A DNA stretch of 64,000 nt. It comes from an uncultured Gemmatimonadales bacterium (lineage in GTDB: Bacteria; Gemmatimonadota; Gemmatimonadetes; Gemmatimonadales; GWC2-71-9). The notes beneath the pieces are model-generated. The model had not been told where the DNA came from. It did not search any database and saw only the letters and a list, made by a program, of their open reading frames with translations. The stretch is taken from contig CAVSQW010000006.1 of NCBI GenBank assembly GCA_963730185.1, forward strand, positions 1-64,000. Reading direction: 5' to 3'. The translations under genes and the position numbers were made by a program. Shown here one piece after another: positions 1-10,053 of the stretch; within the stretch, counting starts at the first letter, position 1; each line of letters opens with the position of its first letter.

Positions 1-439
1 CCGGCCCGAGGTCGTCTACTCGCTGACCGACCAGGCCGAATCGCTGTTTCCGCGGCGTGAGGCGGAAACGCTGCGGGAGCTCGCCGGCTACCTGGTCGAG
101 AACGGCGAGGAGCGACTGCTCCGCGACTTATCAAGCGGAGCATCGCCGCTCGCCGACCGGGAGCCCTGGCCCGGGTCGCCGGCCTGACCGGCCGGCCCCG
201 GATGGAGGAGGCGGCCCGGGTCCTGTCGGAGCTGGGCTTCATGGCCGAGGTCGAACCGACCGACCGCGGCGCCGCAGCTGCGACTCTGCCACTGTCCGAT
301 TCGGTCGCTGGTCGACGCGACTCGGGTCCCGTGCGTCCTGGAAAGCCGGTTGGTCACCGAGCTGCTGGGCAAAAAATCACACCGGACCTCCTACATCCCC
401 GATGGCGCCCCGGCCTGCTGCTACCGGGTCGACGCCTGA
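1..439 (+). CDS. SufR-like HTH metalloregulator (5' truncated by window edge; frameshifted)
   Basis: From nt 2 reads [19 protein letters not shown] (the GRP..Y.LT...FP signature). After frame changes it reads [41 protein letters not shown](437-439), a SufR-type Cys pattern. The stop overlaps the next ATG. Confidence 0.7.
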
Positions 440-1517
440 TGCTGACAGACGCCGACGTCCGCTCCGCCTTGACCGAGGTCCCGTACCCGGGACTCACGCG
501 AGACATCGTCGCGCTCGGGCTGGTTCGGTCGATCGCGGTGCGAACGACCGGGTCCATGTCTCCCTGGTCCTCGCCTCCCCCCGGCCCGACGTTCCCGAGC
601 TGCTCCGCTCGGCCATCCGCGACCGGCTGGAACGGGCCGGGGCGGTCAGGTCCGAGGTCCAGATCCTGGCTCCCGACCGGACCCGCCCTCCCGACCCCAT
701 CCGGCGGCGGATCGGATCGGCATGCCTCGGGTGCGGCACGTCGTGGCCGTCGGCGCGGGCAAGGGAGGCGTCGGGAAGAGCACCGTCGCCGTCAACCTCG
801 CGCTCGCCCTCGGCCAGGCCGGCCGCCGGGTCGGTCTGCTCGACGCCGACATCTACGGCCCCTCGGTCCCGGTCCTGGTCGGGCTCGAGGACGGGCAGGC
901 CCGGGTCAGGATGACCGCCGAGCACCAGATCGTCCCGCTCGACGCGCTCGGCCTCTCCGTGGTGTCGTTCGGCTTCTTCCTGGGGGAGCGGTCGCCGGCC
1001 GTGTGGCGGGGGCCGATGGTCGGCAAGGCCGTCAAGCAGTTCTCGCGCGGCGTGGTCTGGCCGGACCTCGACGTCGTGGTGGTGGACCTCCCGCCCGGTA
1101 CCGGCGACGTGCCCATCTCCCTGAGCGAGTCGGTGGTCGTCGACGGCGCGATCGTCGTCACCACGCCGCAACGCCTGGCGGCGATCGAGGCCGCCAAGGC
1201 GGTCGACCTGTTCCGGAAGCTCGAGGTGCCAGTGCTGGGACTGGTCGAGAACATGAGCGGCACCGCCTGCGAATGCGGTCGGCGGTTCCATCCGTTCGGC
1301 CGAGGCGGAGGGGACACACTCCATCGGACCACCGGCTGCCCGCTCCTGACCCGGGTGCCTTTCGACGACCATGGTGGCCGGCGGCGACTCGGGACTGCCG
1401 GTGCTCCTGGAGCGCCCCGAGGCCGAGGCGGCCGTCGCGTTTCGGGACCTGGCCCGCCAGGTGCTCGAGGCGCTCGAGGGCCGGGCCCAGCCGCCGGAAG
1501 AGGCGGCGGCCCGATGA
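439..1517 (+). CDS. mrp: Mrp/NBP35 (ApbC) Fe-S cluster carrier ATPase with N-terminal DUF59-like domain; frameshifted
   Basis: N-terminus [29 protein letters not shown]. ATPase motifs [49 protein letters not shown]. Pieces lie in different frames (shifts near 540, 720, 1370). Confidence 0.9.
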
Positions 1518-2770
1518 CCGGCGCGGCTCCTGCGGCGGCCGGCCCGCACGTTCCGCCGCCGTTGCTCCCGGGCGAGCACTTCGGCGCCGGGCTCGCGTTC
1601 CTGCTGGCCGGCTCGATCGGAGCCGTGTTCGTGGCGCCCGACCTCGCTCGCGGCCTCTCCCTGGCCCCCACCGTCGTCGCGGTCACCCACCTGTTCACGC
1701 TGGGCTGGATCACGACCTCGATCATGGGCGCCCTCTATCAATTCCTTCCCGTGGCCCTCGGCACGCCGATCGGGTCGGTCCGGCTCGCCCACGCCTCGTT
1801 CGGCCTCCACGTCGCGGGGTCACCCTGTTCGTCGCCGGGATGGCCTGGGCCCCGCTCCGTCCTGCCGGTGGGGGCCGCGTACTAGGCACCGGGTTGCTGC
1901 TGTTCACCGGCAGCCTGGGGGCCGCTCTGGTCCGCGCACCCCGCCGCGACCTCACCTGGTGGGCCCTGGCCGGCGCCGGCCTCTTCCTCGTCGGTGACGG
2001 TCACCCTGGGGGTGGCGCTGGCCGGCAACTACCGCTGGGGCTATCTCGGCGCCGCGCGTTTACCGCGCTCGGGGTGCCACCTCCACGTCGCGCTGGCCGG
2101 GTGGGTCCTGCTCGCGGCCGCCGCGGTCCCCCGCCGGCTGCTCCCGATGTTCCTGCTGAGCCATGGGGTCGGCGAGGGGCCGATGCGAGCGGCGGTCGGC
2201 CTTCTCGCGGCCGGCGCCGCCACCCTCACGCTGGGACACCACGGCCCACCCTGGCTCAGCCGCTGGCTCCCGGCCCTGCTCCTGTCGGCCGGTCTGGCCG
2301 CGTTCCTCGCGCAGTCGGCCCGCTACTTCCGCCATCGCAAGCGACGGGCGCTGGACCCGGGGCTCCGGCTCGTCGCGGCGGGCCTCCTCCTGCTGGCGGC
2401 CGGGTTGGCCGCGGCGCTCGGCGCCCTCGCTGTCGGCGGGCCGCGCCCGATCGTCGCCTACGTGACGGCGCTGATCCTGGGCCTCGGCCTGTTCGTCGCC
2501 GGGCACTATTACAAGATCGTGCCGTTCCTGGTGTGGCTGCACCGGTTCGGCCCCGAGGCAGGCAAGCGGCCGCTGCCGACGGTCGGCGACCTCTTCTCCC
2601 ACCGGCTGGCGACTGCCGCGGGCGCCGCCCTCGCGACCGGCGCGGCGCTCCTGGCGGGCGCCGTGGGGCTGGCCAGTCCGACCCTGGCCCGGGCCGGCGC
2701 CATGCTCCTGGCCGCCGGCGCGGCGGTGGAGGCCGGCCAGATGGCGCGGCTCGCCCGGGTGACGCCATGA
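1514..2770 (+). CDS. Polytopic membrane protein, NnrS-like/heme-copper oxidase subunit I-like; frameshifted
   Basis: ATGA overlap at 1514. Multiple hydrophobic segments, repeated His motifs [19 protein letters not shown] and [20 protein letters not shown]-terminal [16 protein letters not shown]. Confidence 0.65.
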
Positions 2771-3054
2771 CCGCCCTGACCGAGGCCCTCGTCCGCGACG
2801 CCCTGCGCACGGTGATCGACCCCGAGCTGGGCGTCGACATCGTCACCCTCGGGCTGGTCTACGACGTCGAGATCGACGGCGGCGTCGTCACCGTCCGCTA
2901 CACCCTCACCACCCGCGGATGCCCGATGGAGCGGATCATCACCACCGCGATCGTCGAGACCGTGACCCGGTTGCCCGACGTCGGCCGCCTGGTGACCGAC
3001 CTGGTCTGGGACCCCGGTTGGCATCCCGGCATGATCGCACCGGAGGCTTCATGA
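2767..3054 (+). CDS. Metal-sulfur cluster assembly factor (DUF59/SufT/PaaD family)
   Basis: [26 protein letters not shown]...TLTTRGCPM...LVWDPGW gives the DPE, TxxGCP and WxP motifs. Confidence 0.92.
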   Translation: MTALTEALVRDALRTVIDPELGVDIVTLGLVYDVEIDGGVVTVRYTLTTRGCPMERIITTAIVETVTRLPDVGRLVTDLVWDPGWHPGMIAPEAS

Positions 3055-3368
3055 GCGACAGGCGCCCGCCCGCCGTCTCGGCCATCGACCCCGACCGCAT
3101 CGTCGAGATCGACGTCCGTGACGATCTCCGCAACGGCCGCGAGCCGTTCAGCCGGATCATGACCGCCAGCCGGGAGACGCCGCCCGACGGCGCGCTCGTC
3201 GTCCGGGCGATCTTCGAGCCGGTTCCCCTGTATGGCGTCCTGGCCCAGCAGGGATTCGGCCACCACACCGAGCGTCTGGCCGACGACGATTGGCGGGTCT
3301 GGTTCGTCCGCCAGCCGGACGTCCGCGACGGACGTTCGTCCCCATTCACCTCCGAGAAGCGACCATGA
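3051..3368 (+). CDS. DUF2249 domain protein (copy 1)
   Basis: [18 protein letters not shown]...[10 protein letters not shown]...GF...WRVWF; ATGA overlap. Confidence 0.85.
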   Translation: MSDRRPPAVSAIDPDRIVEIDVRDDLRNGREPFSRIMTASRETPPDGALVVRAIFEPVPLYGVLAQQGFGHHTERLADDDWRVWFVRQPDVRDGRSSPFTSEKRP

Positions 3369-3601
3369 GCACCGAACGAACCCTCGACGTGCGCGTCATC
3401 CCACCCCGCGAAAAGCATCCGGCCATCTTCGAGACCTTCGCGTCGCTCGCGGAAGGCGAATCGTTCGTGCTCGTCAACGATCACGATCCGAAGCCGCTCA
3501 AGTATCAGTTCGACTTCGAGCAGGCCGGCCGGTTCGGCTGGCGGTATCTCGAAGAAGGGCCGGCCGTGTGGCGGGTCGAGATCTCCCGGACCGGGGCATG
3601 A
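3365..3601 (+). CDS. DUF2249 domain protein (copy 2)
   Basis: LDVRVIPPREKHPAIFETF...LVNDHDPKPLKYQF...YLEEGPAVWRVEI. Confidence 0.9.
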   Translation: MSTERTLDVRVIPPREKHPAIFETFASLAEGESFVLVNDHDPKPLKYQFDFEQAGRFGWRYLEEGPAVWRVEISRTGA

Positions 3602-3878
3602 CCCGCCTGGCTCTCAGCTCGGGAGCGGCGCCGTCCATGGCGCTCCCGGAGCTTCTCGACGCGGCGGTCGACCGCCGGTCCAGGCGGGCGCCGGGATTGG
3701 CGCCTTGATCCGCACGCTGGCTCACCGGGCCTTTCGGAGCACGCTCGTGGTGAAGCCATCCTCCCCCCGCTTTCGGACGGCGTGGGCCATGTGGCTCCGG
3801 CAAGGCCGGTGGGGCTGCGGAAGCCGACTGCCGCTCGCCACGGTCGGCGCGCCGACCGCGGCGGGAGGCATGCCATGA
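3598..3878 (+). pseudogene. Internally deleted hypothetical gene (N- and C-terminal remnants)
   Basis: ATGA-coupled start MTRLALSSGAAPSMALPELLDAA. A different frame gives GAGIGALIRTLAHRAFRSTLVVKPSSPRFRTAWAMWLRQGRWGCGSR, whose TGA overlaps the next ATG. Confidence 0.45.
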
Positions 3879-4117
3879 CGAGAACCGTGACGCTCGACGT
3901 CCGCCCGGTCGATCCCAAACACCGGTACGACCGGATCATGACGGCCTACGAACGGCTGGCCACCGACGAAGCGCTCGATCTGACCGTCGATCACGACCCC
4001 AAGTGCATGTACTACACCTTGCGAGCCACCCGCGGCGACCAGGCCTTCTCCTTCGAGTATCTGGAGGCGGGCCCCGAGACGTGGCGGGTGCAGATCCGCA
4101 AGGCCAACCCGAGGTGA
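3875..4117 (+). CDS. DUF2249 domain protein (copy 3)
   Basis: LDVRPVDPKHRYDRIM...VDHDPKCMYY...FEYLEAGPETWRVQI. Confidence 0.88.
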   Translation: MTRTVTLDVRPVDPKHRYDRIMTAYERLATDEALDLTVDHDPKCMYYTLRATRGDQAFSFEYLEAGPETWRVQIRKANPR

Positions 4118-4121
4118 CGTA

Positions 4122-5050
4122 ATGTCCTCGCTCGAGCGCCCACTCACCGGCGACGTCCTCGTCGTCGAGCTCCGTCAAGACGACCTGCCCGACGGCCCGG
4201 CCTCCCGGGACCGCCACGCCCGTACCCTGATCAAAGGCGAGCAGCTCCAGTCACCCTGGTCACGCTCGCGCCCGGGGCGGCGATCGCCGAGCATCGAGCT
4301 GACGGTCCGATCACGGTGCAGCCCCTCTCGGGCCAGCTGCGATTTACCGCCGCCGGAGCCACCCACGACCTCGAGCCCGGACAGCTCCTGGCGGCGGCGC
4401 GAGGGATTCCCCACGCGGTGGCCTCTCCGACCGGAGCGACCTTCGTGCTTACCGTCTCGCCCAGCGCTCCGGCCGGCGGCCCGAGCCGAACCCCACCCGA
4501 GCCGATCGGGCGCCCGAGCGCCCAGCCACCGGTCGGTCCCGAGGCCTGGCTGCGAGGCCCGATCGAAGGCATCTCCGCGGTGATCGTGCCGGCCGCCCAC
4601 GCGCTGGTCCAGGCCCGCGACGACCTGCACCGCGCGGTCGCGGACCTGACAGCCGAGGAGCTCTGGATCTCGCCCGGTGGCGCCGCATCGATCGGCTTCC
4701 ACCTGCGCCACATCGTCGGCAGCCTCGACCGACTTCTGACCTATGCTCGGGGAGAAGCGCTCACCCCCGACCAGAAGGCCGCCCTGGTCCGGGAGGGCCA
4801 ACCCGGCAACCCGCCGGACGGGCCCGTCCCGCTGCTGGCCGCCGTCAACGAAGCCGTGGATGCCGCCCTTCGAGTCCTGCGAGCGACGTCGTCCGAAACC
4901 CTGCTCGATGGCCGGCAGGTTGGCCGAGCCCGGCTGCCGACCAATCTGCTCGGCCTGCTCTTCCACGCCGCCGAGCATTCCCAGCGACACACGGGTCAGG
5001 TGGTCACCACGGCCAAGATCGTCCGCGGCCTCGGGCTCGGCACCCGGTGA
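4122..5050 (+). CDS. Cupin domain fused to DinB-family domain (one frameshift near 4250)
   Basis: Cupin: ARTLIK..TLVTLAPGAAIAEHRADGPITVQ...GIPHAV. After a Pro-rich linker, DinB: EAWLRGP...SIGFHLRHIVGSLDRLLTYARG...LLFHAAEHSQRHTGQ. Confidence 0.75.
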
Positions 5051-5933
5051 CCACGATCCTCGACGGGAGCCGACTGGCAGGAGAGCGCCTGCCGGCCCTC
5101 CGGTCGCGGGCCGCCCGGGTGAGCACGGCCCGAGGGCACGCCCCGCGGCTGGCGCTGATCGCGTTCGCCGACGACGACGGCCGGGCCCGGTATTGCGAGC
5201 GGAAGCGTCGCGCCTGTGGCGAGGCCGGCGTCGACGCCGGGCCCGTGGTCCTGCCGGCGACCGCGACGACCGCCGCGGTTCGGCGGGCCATCGCCCGGGC
5301 CACCGACCTCGAGGCTGCCGACGCCGTCTTCCTCGAATTCCCCTTCCCGCCCGGCGTCGACGCCGACGAGGTCGCCTCGGCCATCCCCGACCCGTTCGAT
5401 GTCGACGTGATGGGCGACAGCGCGGTCTCCCGCTTCTTCGCCGACCCCGCCGTCGAGCCGCCGCTGACCGTCTCGGCCGGACTCGCACTGCTCGACCGAT
5501 TCGAGGTGGAGGTCGCGGGCCTCCCGGGGATCATCGTCGGCGAACCGTCGCCGTTCGTCTCGATGTTCATCGAGGCGCTCGCCCGCCGAGGGGCGTCGCT
5601 CGCGACCATCGTGTCGCCGGTGGCCCCAGAGCTGAAGAGCCTCGCCCGAGACGCCAGCCTCTTCGTCTCCGCGGCCGCCCGGCCTCACCTGATCAGGTCC
5701 GGCGACTTGGCCCCGGGCGCCGTCGTCATCGACGCCGGCTACTTCAATCCCGGCGGTCAGGGCGACATCGATACGACAGACGGGTCGAGCACCTGGCGGC
5801 CATCGCACCGGTGCCGGGCGGCATCGGGCCGATGACGGTGTCGATGCTGGTCGAGCGGGTCGTCGCCTTCGCTGAGCGCCGAACGGCACGGGAACGGGGC
5901 GAGACCTCGGTGCCAAGCCAGCGGGGAGCATGA
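5047..5933 (+). CDS. folD: Divergent FolD-like methylenetetrahydrofolate dehydrogenase/cyclohydrolase; frameshift near 5790
   Basis: TILDGSRLA, RYCERKRRAC, PGAVVIDAG..GDID, PVPGGIGPMTVSML. Confidence 0.75.
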
Positions 5934-6018
5934 AGGACCCGTTATCATTGGACGCCCGATTCAGCCAAGTTCCCCGGCGCTCGGCCGTCGATCCTCCCTC
6001 GATCACCCCGCGTCCCTG

Positions 6019-7803
6019 ATGATGGATCCTCAAGTGCCGCCCGCTCCGACCGCTCGCGATGCGTCCAGGCCCGCGGATCGGCGGCTGCTCCTGATTTCCG
6101 GTCTCGCCATCCTGGTCGCTTTGGGTGCCGGCGCGCTGGCCGAGGTGCTGGTGGCCCTGATCGGCCTGATCACCAATCTGGCCTTCTACGGCCGTTGGTC
6201 GCTCGCCTTCACGTCGCCGGCCGGCAACCATCTCGGTCTCTGGGTGGTCGCGATCCCGGTGGTGGGCGGGATCGTCGTCGGGCTGATCGCCCGGTGGGGA
6301 TCACCGGCGATTCGGGGGCACGGCATCCCCGAGGTCATGGAGCGGGTGCTGGTGGGAGAGAGCCGGATTGCCCCCCGCGTTACGGTTCTCAAGCCGATTG
6401 GGAGCGCCATCGCGATCGGCACGGGCGGTCCCTTCGGCGCGGAAGGCCCGATCATCGCCAGCGGGGGCGCGCTCGGCTCCCTGATGGGTCAGGCGCTCCG
6501 GGTCACGGCCGATGAGCGAAAGACCTTGCTCGCGGCCGGGGCGGCGGCGGGGATGGCGGCCATCTTCGGCTCCCCAATCTCGGCCACGATCCTGGCGATC
6601 GAGCTGCTGCTCTTCGAGTACCGGGCCCGCTCCCTCGCGCCGGTCGCGCTGGCCTCGGCCACCGCGGCCGCGTTTCGAATCGCCCTGCACGGCCCGGGCG
6701 CGGTCTTCCCGATGCCGGCCCTCGGGACCCCGTCCGGCTCGGCCCTCCTGGTCTATACCGTGATCGGGGTCCTGGTGGGCGGGTTGGGCGTGGCGGTGAC
6801 CAAGGGCCTCTATCTCATCGAGGACGCTTTGAGCGGCTCCCGATCCACTGGATGTGGTGGCCCGCGATCGGCGGGTTGGTCGTGGGCGTGGTGGGGTACT
6901 TCTCCCCGCGGACTCTCGGGGTCGGTTACGACAACATCACCCAGCTCCTGGACGGGACGTTGGCAGGCACCGCGCTGGCCCTCCTGGTGGTCGGCAAGGT
7001 GATTTCGTGGTCCATCGCCCTCGGCAGCGGCACCGCGGGGGGAACGCTCGCTCCGTTGTTCACCATCGGCGGTGGGGCCGGGGTGCTCGCCGGGGCCGGC
7101 GCCGCGGCCCTGCTCCCGAGATTGGGGATCGATCCCCGGGTCGCCGGCCTGGTCGGGATGGCGGCCGCCTTCACGGGGGCGTCTCGGGCCCTCCTCGCGT
7201 CGGTCGTGTTCGCCTTCGAGGCGACTCGTCAGCCGATGGGACTGCTGCCCCTCCTCGCCGGCTGCACCGGGGCCTATCTCATCTCGCTCCGCACCATGAA
7301 GCACACCATCATGACCGAGCGGCTGGCCCGGCGCGGCGCCCCGGTCATCACCGAGTACTCGGCGGACTTCCTCTCCCGTCGTCTAGTGCGCGAGCATGCC
7401 ACCCCGGATGTAGTCACCGTGTCAGGGGCGACGACGGTCGCGGCGGCCCGGGTCTGGCTGAACGGCGAGACGGCGCCAGGCCACCAAGGGTTCCCCGTCG
7501 TCGACGGCCAGGGCCGGCTGCTGGGCGTACTCACCCGGCGGGATCTCCTCAGCCCAAAGCCCCAGCCGACGCGCCGGTCGCGACCTTGGTCACCCGGGCG
7601 CCAATCGTCGTCGCCGAGCAGAGCTCGCTCCGGGAGGCGGCCGACCTGATGGTCAGGGAGAAGGTCGGGGCGGCTGCCGGTGGTGTAGCGTCCGACGGCT
7701 CCGGCCGGCTGACGGGATCATCTCCCGGAGCGACATCCTCGCGGCCCACGAGCAGCGGCTCGACGAGACGGCTCGGGTCTCGGAGGCAACGCTCTGGTCC
7801 TGA
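6019..7803 (+). CDS. ClC-family chloride channel/transporter with CBS domains; frameshifted
   Basis: IRGHGIPEVME, GTGGPFGAEGPII, GAAAGMAAIFGSP, GSGTAGGTLAP. CBS motifs HQGFPVVDGQGRLLGVLTRRDL and IISRSDIL. Stop TGA at 7801-7803. Confidence 0.9.
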
Positions 7804-7853
7804 CCTCGATTCGCTAGGTCGATCGCGGCCCGGAGGATCGTTCCGCACTCGGC

Positions 7854-8018
7854 TCACCGGAAGGTCCTCTGAGCGACCGGGCCGGGCGTGAGACCCGGGA
7901 AGGTCACCGTGATCCGGGCTTCGTGGTGGACGGCGTTGGGGAACTGGACGTCGTATCGAACGGTGTCGCCCGCGGGGGCGGGCGGCATGATGGCGAGCAG
8001 GGCGGCAAGGAAGATCAC
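7854..8018 (-). pseudogene. 5' fragment of an M61-family glycyl aminopeptidase
   Basis: RBS GGAG, GTG start, signal peptide, then DTVRYDVQFPNAVHHEARITVTFPGL, typical of the M61 N-terminus. Stops after about 54 codons. Confidence 0.6.
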
Positions 8019-8132
8019 TCTCGTTCTCCGGCAAGGGCGAGCGAAGGGTACATCGGGGCCCGGCATGGTGCCATCCCGCGCCCGGCGGGCGCCTCCTCTT
8101 GTGCCACGGGCGGGCGCGCCGGACTATTGGCC

Positions 8133-9452
8133 ATGCGCCTCCGCTTCCCGCACCCGCTGATCCTCCTCCTGGGCGCCGTGCTGGTCGCCGCCCTGCTCAC
8201 CTGGATCCTGCCCGCCGGGGAGTATCAGCGCACGCCCGATCCCGCCACCGGACGTGAGGTGGTCGTGGCCGGCACCTACCACGAGATCCCGGCCCAGCCG
8301 GTCTCGCTGCCGGCCGCCATGCTGGCGGTGCCGCGCGGCATCGTCTCGGGCGCCGACGTCCTGCTCGTGATTCTGATGGTGGGCGGCGTGTTCTCGATGC
8401 TCGAGTCGACCGGGGCGCTGGGACGCCTGGTCGGCGGGACGGTGGGCCGCGGGGGCCATCCGCTGCTGGTGATCAGCCTGGTGAGCGCCGCCTTCTGCCT
8501 CCTCGGCGCGCTCGAGAACATGTACGAGGAGATCGTGGCCTTGATCCCGGTGATGCTCCTGCTGAGCCGGGGACTCGGATTCGGCGCGATCACCGCCCTC
8601 TCCATGAGCCTCGGGGCGGCCGTCGTGGGCGCCACCTTCAGCCCGATCAATCCGTTCGGAGTCGGCCTCGCGCTCAAGCTGGCCGACCTCCCACCGCTCG
8701 CGGGTGCCGGCCTCCGGACGGCGATGACCGTGGCGGCGCTCACCCTCTGGATCGGGTGGACCTGGCGGCAACGAGCCCGGGACGACGTCCGCCCCGAGGC
8801 GGCGCCGCTCACGCTCGATCCCCCGACCGCGCGGGACGTGCTGCTCCTGACCCTGGCCCTGGTGCCCTTCGCGCCCTACGTCTACGGGGTGCTCCGCCTC
8901 GGCTGGGGCTTCAACGAGCTCTCGGCCCTCTTCCTGGTGGCCGCGTTCGCCCTGGGGCTCGCCGCGCGGCTGAGCCTCCGGGAAACGGCGGAGCGGTACC
9001 TGGCCGGCATGGCGACGATGATCACGGCGGGGATCTACGTCGGGGTGGCGCGGGGCATCTCCGTGGTCCTCACCGACGGGGCCATCATCGACACCATCAT
9101 CCACGGCCTGGCGACACCGCTGGCCGGTGCTCCGCCGCTGGTCGCCGCGCTCGGCATGGTGCCGGTGCACGCCCTGATCCACCAGGCCGTCCCGAGCAAC
9201 AGCGGGCAGGCCGCGCTCACCATGCCCATCATGGCGCCGCTGGCGGACCTCCTCGGCCTCTCCCGCCAGGCGGCGATCGTCTCCTACCAGCTCGGCAGCC
9301 CGCTGCTCGACCTGGTGACCCCGACCAACGGCGCCATGCTGGCCATGCTGGCCGGAGCCGGCGTGTCGATGGGACGGTGGCTCAAGTTCGCGGTGCCGGG
9401 GACGCTGCTGGTGGCGGTGGTCGGGCTGGTGGGGCTGGTCCTGTTCCGGTAG
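8133..9452 (+). CDS. YfcC/DcuC-family transporter
   Basis: FPHPLILL...LTWILPAGEYQR, SPINPFGVGLA, VPSNSGQAALTMPIMAPLADLLGLSRQ, TPTNG. Confidence 0.9.
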   Translation: MRLRFPHPLILLLGAVLVAALLTWILPAGEYQRTPDPATGREVVVAGTYHEIPAQPVSLPAAMLAVPRGIVSGADVLLVILMVGGVFSMLESTGALGRLVGGTVGRGGHPLLVISLVSAAFCLLGALENMYEEIVALIPVMLLLSRGLGFGAITALSMSLGAAVVGATFSPINPFGVGLALKLADLPPLAGAGLRTAMTVAALTLWIGWTWRQRARDDVRPEAAPLTLDPPTARDVLLLTLALVPFAPYVYGVLRLGWGFNELSALFLVAAFALGLAARLSLRETAERYLAGMATMITAGIYVGVARGISVVLTDGAIIDTIIHGLATPLAGAPPLVAALGMVPVHALIHQAVPSNSGQAALTMPIMAPLADLLGLSRQAAIVSYQLGSPLLDLVTPTNGAMLAMLAGAGVSMGRWLKFAVPGTLLVAVVGLVGLVLFR

Positions 9453-9478
9453 AGCGCCGCGCCCAGGCGGGGGGACTC

Positions 9479-9790
9479 CTAGAGCAACCGTGCCAGGAAG
9501 AACAGCGCCACCGTCCCGACCCAGAAGCCGAACATCCACCTGACCAGCTCGGCCTTCGTGCCCGCCAGGCGTTGCTCGAACTGCGCCAAGCGGTGTTCGA
9601 CCTTGAGCTCGAACTCCGCGAACCGCTGCTCGACCTTCGCGTCGAAACGCGCAAAGTTGAGCTCGTTCAGCTCCCTCAGGTCGGTCCGGTAGGTAGCGTC
9701 CACGGCGTTGAACCAGTCCACCAGCTCGTTGGCGATCTCGTCGCCGAAGGTCTCGTAGAACCTCCGCGACAGCTTGGCGGTGACCGGCAC
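9479..9790 (-). CDS. Small coiled-coil protein with C-terminal TM anchor (DUF1640/CCDC90-like)
   Basis: Heptad-like NELNFARFDAKVEQRFAEFE..., C-terminal KAELVRWMFGFWVGTVALFF; RBS GGAGG. Confidence 0.7.
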   Translation of the reverse strand: MPVTAKLSRRFYETFGDEIANELVDWFNAVDATYRTDLRELNELNFARFDAKVEQRFAEFELKVEHRLAQFEQRLAGTKAELVRWMFGFWVGTVALFFLARLL

Positions 9791-10053
9791 GAACCCTCCA
9801 GGAAGGCGACCGGCACCACCATAAGGTACGCTCGGCCCAGCCCGTCAACCAATCCCGCGCGGCCGGTGACCAACGTCGCGCAGGAGCTCCAGGCGGCCGG
9901 TAGCTCCGCTCACCCGACCGCGCTCTTTGGGCACCGCCCGGCGGTAATCGGGTTGCCGGCCGCTCGTCCGCGGGCGTCCCCCACCTTCGTCGACGCCCCG
10001 GCTCTTTCGGGAGGTCTGGGGCGAGCGGAGCGAGGGGTAGGCGCCGAGACCGG

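Noticed and set aside
202..3054. 950-aa ORF as one protein
   Set aside because: It strings together pieces of the regulator, the Mrp N-terminus and SufT through off-frame GC-rich sequence.
1..7803. Programmed frameshifting or wholesale pseudogenisation of the first operon
   Set aside because: Motifs and gene coupling are intact, with no slippery sites evident; sequencing indels are more parsimonious.
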